64,000 nucleotides of DNA from NCBI GenBank assembly GCA_945871905.1, contig CAMBXL010000002.1:134936-198935 (forward strand), read 5' to 3'. Shown here piece after piece: positions 40,914-49,597 of the stretch (positions within the stretch are counted from its first letter, which is position 1; each line of letters begins with the position of its first letter). This DNA is from Chitinophaga pinensis. Lineage in GTDB: Bacteria; Bacteroidota; Bacteroidia; NS11-12g; UBA955. The notes beneath the pieces are model-generated. The model was not told where the DNA came from. It ran no database searches and was given only the letters and a program-made list of their open reading frames with translations. The translations under genes were made by a program, and so were the position numbers.

Positions 40914-43546
40914 TTGGCAATACTTATTTTTTTAATCAATACGCCTTCATTAGTATTAATAACAACTGTATACAACCCTGCTGAATAATGTTTAGAATTT
41001 ACATTCAATGAAATTTGATTTTCAACATTATATGTTTCAATTTTGTTACCTAATACATCAAAAATATCGATAGTTTGTGCAGGAATCTTCAAATCTGACC
41101 AAGTGATAGAAAACTGATTCGTAGCAGGAATAGGATAAAGTTTAACAGACTCAATGGTTTTTTCATCAACTATCGTTGAAATTTGGGTTCTATTAATACT
41201 TAAATCTAATAAATAGGTACCTATGTCACCAGTAAAGTATGGTGATACTAAAATATACAATGTCGTATTTCCATTTACAATCAGATTATTAGGCAAATCT
41301 GAATCAAAAGCATCTGACCATGAAGTTCCTGTGGTTGAATATGAAAAAACAGCATCTAAAGTATAGGTTTTGCTATCATTTGATTTATATGCATCATTGA
41401 TCCTTGGACTAATTGTGTATTGATATCCTTCTGGTAATATTACTTTATAATAATCGTAATCTGTTCCATTGTGGCAATTTGACCCAACTGTTGATGTTTT
41501 TGCAATATTTCCATTAAAGTTAATTGGTAAATTGTATGCAACAGATGAAGTGTTATTATTTTCATACATATCAGCTAAAAGTCCTGGTGCTGTTAATTGA
41601 ATATTTACAGGATTTGAATAATTCCCAGAACCTACGTATTCCCATTGACCATCTGTTTTTTTAGACCAAACAAATAGCTGATAAGTCCCTGGTTCATCAG
41701 ACAAACCACCATCAATTGTAAAGGTTAATCCATTTGTAAAATGATACCCAGATTGTAATGATAAATTTTCAACTTTTTTAAGTTCTTTAATCCATGTTCC
41801 ATCGGACTTGTGTAAGTCAACTGAAATTATTCCTGAGAAATCACTTACATCAAAATTGGCAATATCAAATTTAATATCGAAAGTTTGATTCTGAATTAAA
41901 ACAGATGGGTCTGTGGTAATTGCAGCATAAAGTTTTAGGGGATTTTGATCGTCACCAACTACTGTAATCGTTGCAAAATTTTGATAATTCCCATTGCTAA
42001 ATGCTTTCCAATCTGTGGTTCCTGTTTTTTTGTAATAAACACCTACTGTATATGTTCCTGGAGTCATAGCACTAATACCAGAGGATGTGAATGTCGTTGG
42101 TAAATATTTAAGGAAGTCGATATTAACGCCAGTTTTGGTTTCAATAAAAGCAACAAACTGATTGCTAGAATTAAAAACAGCCGCAGCTAACTCCCCGTTA
42201 AAATTCTGTGTACTGCTCGATCCATAATTAGCTAAGTCGACAGAAATTGAAAAATTACTTGAATATGTTATAGGTGAATTACTGAAATTTAACGTAGAAT
42301 ATAATCTCATGTCTAAATCAGCTGAACCTCCACCTGATGGTGGCTCAATACCTATAACAGCTTGATGACCACTATTAAACCCTCCACTTCCGCCACCAGT
42401 TCCCAAAGAACCAGGATTTAAAGCATTAATGTTAAAATAACCATCAGCATTACCTCCCCAACCCCAGTTAAAATGGAATAAATCATTATTGTCATATCCA
42501 TCTGCCACAAAGCAATGACCACCACCTCCTCCAAAACCAGCATATATAATAGGTCTTGAAGCATTTAATTCAGCCTTTAAAAGATTAATCCAGTTTGTTT
42601 GTGAATAATTAGCTCTCTCTATTCCTTGCAAAGAATTTTTATACCCAAAATAAGTTTTCAATGCATATTCTGTACAATGTGTAACAGGGCTTCTACTGCT
42701 TATTACATAAGCACCACTTCCTCCGGTAGAACCAATGCCATAATTCATGTCAACACTCACTCCAACTTGATAGGTTAATGTTGCAACTGCATTGTTTGTA
42801 GAACTAACTGTGTTGGGCATTGATGACCAACTGTAAGTAGTAGCACCAAAATTTGCTGATAAATTACCATATTTATTGTGAGAATAGGTATGATTCCCTG
42901 TTCCTTGAGTTGGGTAGTTCCAGTATTTCATAACTTGTGTCATAGCTGTAGCAACACAACCACTCACTGTTCTTTGTCCAGATGCATTATCATAAGGACA
43001 TAAGGCATTATAATAGGGAGATTGATTCCATTTTGTGCTTAAAAGTGGAGAGACGCTTGCACGTTTTGAGGGAGAATTAGGTATCGTTGTTCCAACGCTT
43101 ACAGGTAAAGTACCACTCAACAAATCATTCCATTGTTCTGTTATAAAGGTGGTTGCAGTTAAGTTATTGGCAATAGAATATCTTACTTGTTCTTTATATC
43201 CTTCCAACCATTTTACTACTTGAGCAGGCATGTCGTTAGTTATAAAATTATTTTGATCAGAATAACCAAAAATAGGCGTTAATATATCATCCGCTGAAAC
43301 TATAACAAACCCTTTATCTTGAAAATTAAAAATATAGAAGTAATTGATTGCTTGTTCTTGACTAGAAGAATTGTATGATTTAGATGATTCTGTGTAAACT
43401 AATTTACAGTCATTAGCACTTGAAATTTGGTGATAATGACTTAGAAAGTTAAAAGCAACCTTTTGGGCGTTCGTTACATCAACATTCTTAGCAGAAAGGG
43501 ATAATATGCTTAGAAAGAGAGCATAAAAAAGTATATTTTTTTTCAT
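40910..43546 (-). CDS. C10-family (streptopain/SpeB-like) cysteine peptidase with N-terminal Spi-type propeptide and T9SS type-A C-terminal sorting domain
   Basis: GCVATAMTQVMKYWNYP (catalytic Cys region), GHCFVADG, HFNWGWGG (His/Trp region), LGTGGGSGGFN, all near-identical to SpeB motifs; C-terminal KLYPIPATNQFSI...ISIAK Por secretion tail. Confidence 0.85.
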   Translation of the reverse strand: MKKNILFYALFLSILSLSAKNVDVTNAQKVAFNFLSHYHQISSANDCKLVYTESSKSYNSSSQEQAINYFYIFNFQDKGFVIVSADDILTPIFGYSDQNNFITNDMPAQVVKWLEGYKEQVRYSIANNLTATTFITEQWNDLLSGTLPVSVGTTIPNSPSKRASVSPLLSTKWNQSPYYNALCPYDNASGQRTVSGCVATAMTQVMKYWNYPTQGTGNHTYSHNKYGNLSANFGATTYSWSSMPNTVSSTNNAVATLTYQVGVSVDMNYGIGSTGGSGAYVISSRSPVTHCTEYALKTYFGYKNSLQGIERANYSQTNWINLLKAELNASRPIIYAGFGGGGGHCFVADGYDNNDLFHFNWGWGGNADGYFNINALNPGSLGTGGGSGGFNSGHQAVIGIEPPSGGGSADLDMRLYSTLNFSNSPITYSSNFSISVDLANYGSSSTQNFNGELAAAVFNSSNQFVAFIETKTGVNIDFLKYLPTTFTSSGISAMTPGTYTVGVYYKKTGTTDWKAFSNGNYQNFATITVVGDDQNPLKLYAAITTDPSVLIQNQTFDIKFDIANFDVSDFSGIISVDLHKSDGTWIKELKKVENLSLQSGYHFTNGLTFTIDGGLSDEPGTYQLFVWSKKTDGQWEYVGSGNYSNPVNIQLTAPGLLADMYENNNTSSVAYNLPINFNGNIAKTSTVGSNCHNGTDYDYYKVILPEGYQYTISPRINDAYKSNDSKTYTLDAVFSYSTTGTSWSDAFDSDLPNNLIVNGNTTLYILVSPYFTGDIGTYLLDLSINRTQISTIVDEKTIESVKLYPIPATNQFSITWSDLKIPAQTIDIFDVLGNKIETYNVENQISLNVNSKHYSAGLYTVVINTNEGVLIKKISIAK

Positions 43547-43598
43547 TTTAATAGATGATTCAAACTTATATTTTTTTTTTGGTTAAAAAAACATAAGT

Positions 43599-43967
43599 TT
43601 GAATATGAAAAATATTCTAATTTTATTTACTACAATTGTAGTTTTATTTAGTTCTTGTAATGACGATAAAGAGACAACACCTACAACAGGAACCATAAAA
43701 ATTGAATTTAATGGTACACCATCTGCAAATGTTGGACAAAAAGTAACCATTAATTTTGCAATAGATTTATACCATTTAAAAGAAAGAATTTTTGAAATTT
43801 TTGAAATTTCAAACAATCCTCATCAAGAAATAATAATTTCTGATGTAAAGCCACAAACATGGTATTATCTAATTTCTCAAAAGACTCCTGGAATGCCATA
43901 CGAAACTGAAGGAACTGTGAGTTTAGAAGCTGGAAAAACAGGGGTTGTTTCAGTTAATTTCCAGTAA
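43599..43967 (+). CDS. small beta-rich lipoprotein, divergent from the C10 peptidase
   Basis: MNMKNILILFTTIVVLFSSC lipoprotein signal; 122 aa. Confidence 0.45.
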   Translation: MNMKNILILFTTIVVLFSSCNDDKETTPTTGTIKIEFNGTPSANVGQKVTINFAIDLYHLKERIFEIFEISNNPHQEIIISDVKPQTWYYLISQKTPGMPYETEGTVSLEAGKTGVVSVNFQ

Positions 43968-43971
43968 CTCC

Positions 43972-44400
43972 TCAAATCTTATCAACCCTAGTTTGGTGTC
44001 TTCCACCTTCAAACTCAGCATTGAGATAGGCGGATACAATTTCTTTGGCTTGTTCTGTACTTATAAAACGGGCAGGTAAGCACAGGATATTGGCATTGTT
44101 ATGCTGACGAGCCAAAGCTCCTAATTCGGGCAACCAACACAATGCCGCTCTAATTCCTTTGTGTTTATTTGCAGTTAAGCAAACACCATTACCACTTCCG
44201 CAAATTAGTATGCCTAGTGACTGTGAATCAGATTCAACAGCAGCTGCTAAGGGATGGACCACATCTGGATAATCCATAGACTCTTTGGAGAAACAGCCAT
44301 GGTCTTTTAGTTCATAATTCTGATTGCTTAAAAAGTTGATCAATTCTTGTTTTAAATCGAATCCTGCATGGTCGCAGCCAATATGTAATAATTGTTTCAT
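43972..44400 (-). CDS. rpiB: ribose-5-phosphate isomerase B
   Basis: HIGCDHAGFDLK N-terminal motif, 142 aa. Confidence 0.9.
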   Translation of the reverse strand: MKQLLHIGCDHAGFDLKQELINFLSNQNYELKDHGCFSKESMDYPDVVHPLAAAVESDSQSLGILICGSGNGVCLTANKHKGIRAALCWLPELGALARQHNNANILCLPARFISTEQAKEIVSAYLNAEFEGGRHQTRVDKI

Positions 44401-44405
44401 GAAAT

Positions 44406-45239
44406 TTATTGTTCTAATTTTTGCTGACGTTCTACACGAGCTGCTATTAATACCCCCAACTCGAAAAGGGAATACAATGGAATGGTTAATATAATCTGAC
44501 TCACTACATCAGGAGGAGTTACAATGGCGGCAACAATCAGAATAATAACAAAAGCATGTTTGCGGTATTTTTTCAAAAATGATGATGAAATCAACCCAAT
44601 TCTAGCCAAAAAATACATTAATATAGGCAATTCAAAAATTAAACCGGTTCCCAAAACCAATAAGCTTACAAAGGCTACTATATTTTGAATACTTATGAAA
44701 TTTTTAATATCTGGACTTAATGAATAATTAAAGAAAAAATTTACCGAAATAGGGCACAAAACAAAATAACCAAATGATATCCCCATTGCAAATAAAGCGG
44801 TAGTATAAAACACAAATCCTCTAGTATTCTTTCTTTCCCTTGCAGACAAAGCTGGTTTAATAAACAACCAAATTTGGTATAAAATAAATGGCATCGAAAG
44901 CACTATACCTACTATAAAGGCCAACTTAAATGACATCATAAATTGACCAGCCATTTCGGTATTTAACAAATCAAATTTAAGTTCCTGAAAGCAATACTGA
45001 TCGGAATTATAAAAATAATGTGACAATTTACAAACCAATTGATAACTTAAAAAATCATTTTTAATAGGACCTGTAATGACCTCATGAAAAATAAAATCCA
45101 TGTAAATAAATGCCACTATGGACATTATCACCAATGCATAAGCACTTCTTATTAGATATTTTCTTAAGACATCTATGTGGTCGAAGAAAGACATTTCCTT
45201 GTCTTCTTCAGGTTCGATATATTCTTGGTCTAGTGCCAC
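44406..45239 (-). CDS. tatC: twin-arginine translocase subunit TatC
   Basis: FDHIDVLRKYL (HLxELRxR-like) motif plus 6 TM. Track start is GTG at 45239; the alternative ATG at 45194 (MSFFDHIDVLRK) is equally plausible. Confidence 0.85.
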   Translation of the reverse strand: MALDQEYIEPEEDKEMSFFDHIDVLRKYLIRSAYALVIMSIVAFIYMDFIFHEVITGPIKNDFLSYQLVCKLSHYFYNSDQYCFQELKFDLLNTEMAGQFMMSFKLAFIVGIVLSMPFILYQIWLFIKPALSARERKNTRGFVFYTTALFAMGISFGYFVLCPISVNFFFNYSLSPDIKNFISIQNIVAFVSLLVLGTGLIFELPILMYFLARIGLISSSFLKKYRKHAFVIILIVAAIVTPPDVVSQIILTIPLYSLFELGVLIAARVERQQKLEQ

Positions 45240-45245
45240 TTTTTA

Positions 45246-45989
45246 TTACATTAACATACCACCACAAACACTGATGGTTTGTCCAGTAACATAAGCACTC
45301 ATATCACTTGCCAAAAACAAACAAACATTGGCTACATCTTCTGTAGAACCGCCTCTTTTCAAAGGAATAGTGTCTACCCATTGTTTTTTGATATCTTCGT
45401 TCAAAGCGCCTGTCATTTCTGTTTCAATAAAACCAGGAGCAATGGCATTACATCTCACATTTCTACTGCCTAATTCTTTGGCCATAGATTTTGTAAAACC
45501 AATCATTCCCGCTTTACTTGCGCTGTAGTTAGACTGACCTGCATTACCAGTAACACCTACTACTGAAGTCATGTTGATGATACTGCCTGATCTGTTTTTT
45601 AAGAATGTTTTTAAACAAGCCTTGGTTAAATTGAATGCCGATTTCAAATTGGTATTAATCACTTCGTCCCATTGTTCTTCTGTCATTCTCATTAAAAGAT
45701 TATCACGGGTAATACCTGCATTGTTAATTAAAATATCAATGGTTCCAAAATCAGCAATAATGGCATCCGCCAATTCGTGTGCAGCAGCAAAATTAGAAGC
45801 ATCACTTTGATAACCTTTCACTTTAACACCGTATTGTGCAGATAATTCGGCTTCAAATTGACGTGCTTTTTCTACAGAGCTTGCAAAAGTAAAAGCAATA
45901 TTAGCTCCATTTTTAGCAAAAGCTTCTGCGATTCCTTTTCCTATACCGCGACTTGCGCCTGTTATTAAGGCCACTTTTCCTTTCAACAT
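45246..45989 (-). CDS. fabG: 3-oxoacyl-[ACP] reductase
   Basis: KVALITGASRGIGKGIA Rossmann motif, NAG and YxxxK SDR catalytic motifs. Confidence 0.85.
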   Translation of the reverse strand: MLKGKVALITGASRGIGKGIAEAFAKNGANIAFTFASSVEKARQFEAELSAQYGVKVKGYQSDASNFAAAHELADAIIADFGTIDILINNAGITRDNLLMRMTEEQWDEVINTNLKSAFNLTKACLKTFLKNRSGSIINMTSVVGVTGNAGQSNYSASKAGMIGFTKSMAKELGSRNVRCNAIAPGFIETEMTGALNEDIKKQWVDTIPLKRGGSTEDVANVCLFLASDMSAYVTGQTISVCGGMLM

Positions 45990-46199
45990 ATTTTGATAAT
46001 TATTAAACAGCGAAAATAATTCTTTTTTGTATTTTTTGTTTCTATTTTATTCAAAATCTGTAATTCACAGTTTAGGATGGTCTGTTTGAAGTTCTATTTT
46101 CCTTTAATAATACCTTCGAGAGCACTTCCCATCGATAAACTCAGGGTAAACTAGCTCAGTACAAGCTCTCAGGTTGACAATTTAACAAATAACTATTTC

Positions 46200-46215
46200 C
46201 CGATAGCTATCGGGA
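46200..46215 (-). terminator. perfect 16-bp palindrome CCCGATAGCTATCGGG 18 nt downstream of the GNAT stop; weak terminator candidate
   Basis: Read directly; the downstream T-tract is weak (gaaatagttatttg), hence low confidence. Confidence 0.3.
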
Positions 46216-46232
46216 CTATTAACTAATAACCA

Positions 46233-46652
46233 TTACCCAATACTCATCGCAAAGTGCTGTATGCCCGCTTCTTCAAACTGTGGGCCATAACACTCAAAAC
46301 TCATTTTTTCGTAAAAAGGAACGGCATGGACTTGGGCGTGTAGCATCACTTTAGTAGCAAACGGCAAATCTTGCAACACGGCTTTTACCAATGCTGCTCC
46401 CACTCCTGTATTTCTGTATTCTTTCAAAACGGCAAAACGTTCTAATTTAATAATCCCCATGTCCTTAAAACGCCATCTTGCGGTTCCACATGCCTCTCCA
46501 TTGTAATAAGCAATAAAGTGGGTGCATTGTTGGTCGTCTTCGTCGTATTCTTCTGCAGCATCTACCTTTTGTTCTACCACAAAAACCCGATTTCGGATAC
46601 TAAAAATTGAATCTATTTCTGACTTTGTTTTAACTTTATTGACTTGGATCAT
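46233..46652 (-). CDS. GNAT-family N-acetyltransferase
   Basis: Acetyl-CoA-binding motif A (RNTGVGAALVKAV) and GNAT-like length (139 aa); ATGA overlap with the upstream HExxH ORF. Confidence 0.8.
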   Translation of the reverse strand: MIQVNKVKTKSEIDSIFSIRNRVFVVEQKVDAAEEYDEDDQQCTHFIAYYNGEACGTARWRFKDMGIIKLERFAVLKEYRNTGVGAALVKAVLQDLPFATKVMLHAQVHAVPFYEKMSFECYGPQFEEAGIQHFAMSIG

Positions 46653-46996
46653 TTGTAAAATTTAAGGTGGTTTAAAAAAGGACGGTTTTTTAGGAAATCA
46701 AGTTGAACCTGATGGGTGTAGGCTTCTTTCTCAAAACTGATGGAACGGTAGGCCAAATCATGATTGAATCTGTGTTTTATTAAACCATAGGCATATTCCA
46801 AAAAATACCAAATGTGGTACGGAAGGATTAATAATTCCAACTGTTGTCGGTGGTGAATTTTTTCGTGATTAATTAAGGCCTTGTTGGAGCGCAATTGAGT
46901 TGTTTTAACAATAATAAAAGGCCACAACGCCATGGCATTTACTCTGGAGTCGTTCAATGAGAAAATCTTTAACAATATCGAACTTACCAATATCAT
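46649..46996 (-). CDS. small HExxH zincin-like protein (resembles the DUF4157 metallopeptidase-like domain)
   Basis: LINHEKIHHRQQ is an HExxH followed by QQ, as I recall for DUF4157 (LLAHELTHVVQQ-like); 115 aa (94 aa from Met22); starts immediately after the stop of the coiled-coil gene. Confidence 0.45.
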   Translation of the reverse strand: MILVSSILLKIFSLNDSRVNAMALWPFIIVKTTQLRSNKALINHEKIHHRQQLELLILPYHIWYFLEYAYGLIKHRFNHDLAYRSISFEKEAYTHQVQLDFLKNRPFLNHLKFYK

Positions 46997-48358
46997 TTAT
47001 TCTTCAATTTGCCCTTGTCCTTGCTCTTCTTTTTGCTTTTCTTCTTCTAATTTTTTGCGTCTTTCCTCACGTTCTTTCTCTATCATTTGTTTTAGAATTT
47101 CTTCCTCTGTCAATGGCTTTTTAGGCTCTTGATTGGGTGTGTTTTCTAAATGATTTTTTTGATTTAATGAATCTTGTAATTTCAAATTCAATCGCTTCAT
47201 ACTGTCCAATTCTTGTTTCAACAGACTGTTTTTTTCTTTCTCAGTCGTTAATTGATTGGTGGTTTTATCAAGCGTCTTTGTAATATCCTTTAACTCTATA
47301 AACAAACTGTTATTTTCTTGATTCAGAATTGAATTTTGCAAAGTCAGCACATCTATGGTTTTTTTCTGATTACTAACCATATTGGTTAGGTTTATTATAA
47401 TATCCCCATTCTCGTCTCCTTTTTCTACCCCTTGTTTAAAATCCTTTAAGCGATCATTTTCTTCTTTGAGTTGTATTAATTTAAAACTCATTTCATCTAA
47501 CTCATCCTCCAATTCAGTAACACGAAATTGCAATCTATTACGTGAATTCAACAAACCAGTATCATTTTGTCTGAGAGAGGCTTGGTTATTGTTCAGCTTA
47601 AGCTTAGTTTTCAATTCATCTATTTCTTTATCCTTTCTTATTATTTGGTCTTTCAACTTTATAATAATTTGAGTAAATGCCTGTTCTTCTTCCTTGCTAG
47701 TATTGGTTTCTAAATCTTTTAATTCTACTTTTTCTTCGAGATAAAGTTTTAAAAAATCAAACTTTGCTTTACTATCTGGACCAATGTAAAGCCCTACTTT
47801 TCCTTTGTTAAGTTCAATGTCTGTAAATGTGGTTACAAAAACCGAGTTGATATACAAATCGTAAACCTTATTGTAAGTTTTCACCACGATTGTATTTTCG
47901 GATTTGGTAATAACCGAGGGTAACTTAACCCAAGAATTACCTGAAGAATGAATCGCAACTTGCTTGTCTTTGTTTAACCTTAAAATCCTGTATTCCCTTT
48001 TTTGATTTATCTCAACCAAAATACCTCCGCTACTTTCAGAAGACGCCATCATGAGCACCCCTGCACTTTGTTTTTTATTATTGTGTTGACCAAACAATAC
48101 ATTACATTCCAACTGAAAGGAACTGTAAATATCTGTCGTGGAAGGCAAAAGATAATATCCCGACTTTTTTGAGCGTCTAAATAATTCATAGTAACCATTT
48201 TGACCTAAAAATAAGTTTTCAGCATTAAAAGTAGTATTCCATTTATCGGTATTGTCAAATTGTTCGTTGAAAACAGTCTTTTTGAACTCTTTATTCACTT
48301 CTTGCCCAAATGCAGAAAAACACCACAAATAAATTAAAAATAGAAATAATTTCTTCAT
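46997..48358 (-). CDS. secreted protein: N-terminal ~200-aa beta-rich domain plus ~230-aa coiled coil with poly-E/K tail
   Basis: Signal peptide MKKLFLFLIYLWCFSAFGQ; heptad-rich E/K/L segment (ELEDELDEM..., KKLEEEKQKEEQ). Confidence 0.55.
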   Translation of the reverse strand: MKKLFLFLIYLWCFSAFGQEVNKEFKKTVFNEQFDNTDKWNTTFNAENLFLGQNGYYELFRRSKKSGYYLLPSTTDIYSSFQLECNVLFGQHNNKKQSAGVLMMASSESSGGILVEINQKREYRILRLNKDKQVAIHSSGNSWVKLPSVITKSENTIVVKTYNKVYDLYINSVFVTTFTDIELNKGKVGLYIGPDSKAKFDFLKLYLEEKVELKDLETNTSKEEEQAFTQIIIKLKDQIIRKDKEIDELKTKLKLNNNQASLRQNDTGLLNSRNRLQFRVTELEDELDEMSFKLIQLKEENDRLKDFKQGVEKGDENGDIIINLTNMVSNQKKTIDVLTLQNSILNQENNSLFIELKDITKTLDKTTNQLTTEKEKNSLLKQELDSMKRLNLKLQDSLNQKNHLENTPNQEPKKPLTEEEILKQMIEKEREERRKKLEEEKQKEEQGQGQIEE

Positions 48359-48401
48359 CTTTGCACTTGCTTAATTAAAAAAAGCAAAGTTAATATTATT
48401 T

Positions 48402-49433
48402 ATGACAAAGAACGTGTGTTTTAATTTTTTGTTCCTTTTCACTGCTATTCTGCTACTTAACAGTTGTGATAATGAATTGGATGTTTTATCAGATTATGAG
48501 GAAAATGCTTCTGTTTACGGTATTTTAGATCCTTCACAAGTGACACAATACATCAAAATTAACAAAGTATTTACCAACCCAAATGCCAAAGCTTCGGATG
48601 TGGCGAAAATTTCAGATTCATTGTATTTTGATTCCTTAGCCCCATTTATCATAGAACAAGAAACCGGCCGAAGAATTCCATTATACAAAGTGAGTAATTT
48701 ACCCAAAGACAGTGGTTATTTTGCCAATGCTCCCAATTATTTGTATGCAACCAATGAGCGTATTTATTCCAGAAACCCTTTCAATCAGAACCAAAATTAC
48801 AGCTACCGAATTGAATTTGAATTACCCACATCAAAGAAAAAAATAAGCGCAACAACCAACATTGTCAGAGATTTTTTTATACAATCACCTATTTCTCCTA
48901 ACCCATTAATTCCTAGGTCTATTAATTTCCCGACTAATGCCAATGTTCAGTTAAGATTTTTATCTCCTTTGAATGGCAAAGTATTCGATGCCTTTTTTAA
49001 CATCAACTATGTAGAGGTTAACAAAGCGGACACCAATATAAAGGCGTTTAAAACCATTAAATGGAAAATATTGAGATCATACCGCACCACAGCAGACAAA
49101 GGCAATGAGCAGATTACCTCAATCATTCCGGGAATTAGTTTTTACAATGTCCTTCTTAATGACATAAAAGTAGATGCAAGTGTTTACAGAGAATTTTTAC
49201 CATGTAGTATGGAAATAGTAGGTGGCAATATCGAAATAGACAATTACATTCAGTCTTCTTCACCCTCAATAGGAATTGTACAAAAACAGGCAGAGTACAG
49301 CAATATCCAAAATGGTATTGGCATATTTGCCTCCAGATATTCTATCTTTTTGGACCGAATTGCATTATCAAGCACAACCAGAGGATTAGTTGCCAACAGC
49401 AACGACTATAGGCAGCTTGGATTTGTAAGATAA
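48402..49433 (+). CDS. lipoprotein, function unknown
   Basis: MTKNVCFNFLFLFTAILLLNSC lipoprotein signal; 343 aa. Confidence 0.5.
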   Translation: MTKNVCFNFLFLFTAILLLNSCDNELDVLSDYEENASVYGILDPSQVTQYIKINKVFTNPNAKASDVAKISDSLYFDSLAPFIIEQETGRRIPLYKVSNLPKDSGYFANAPNYLYATNERIYSRNPFNQNQNYSYRIEFELPTSKKKISATTNIVRDFFIQSPISPNPLIPRSINFPTNANVQLRFLSPLNGKVFDAFFNINYVEVNKADTNIKAFKTIKWKILRSYRTTADKGNEQITSIIPGISFYNVLLNDIKVDASVYREFLPCSMEIVGGNIEIDNYIQSSSPSIGIVQKQAEYSNIQNGIGIFASRYSIFLDRIALSSTTRGLVANSNDYRQLGFVR

Positions 49434-49597
49434 GGCGCTGTAAAATCCACTTTCATTCTTCAATTAAAGGACTTTTTGACACTTTTTGTGACAGAAAAGA
49501 AGTGACTATTGTCTAAGAATTGATTTTTTGTCACATAAATATAAGTGGCATTTTTTTTGGAACTAGGACAATATAAAAAGACGAAAAAATAATTTTT

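Noticed and set aside
46150-46172. tRNA-like 'tagctcag' D-loop-like string
   Set aside because: No matching acceptor/D/T stems (gctctc follows instead of gagc; no GTTCRA T-loop) on either strand. No tRNA found anywhere in the window.
46233-46996. Classical RHH-antitoxin/GNAT-toxin (TacAT-like) module
   Set aside because: Upstream ORF is not RHH-like (it has HExxH) and the GNAT is shorter (139 aa) than tRNA-acetylating toxins; kept only as an open hypothesis in findings.
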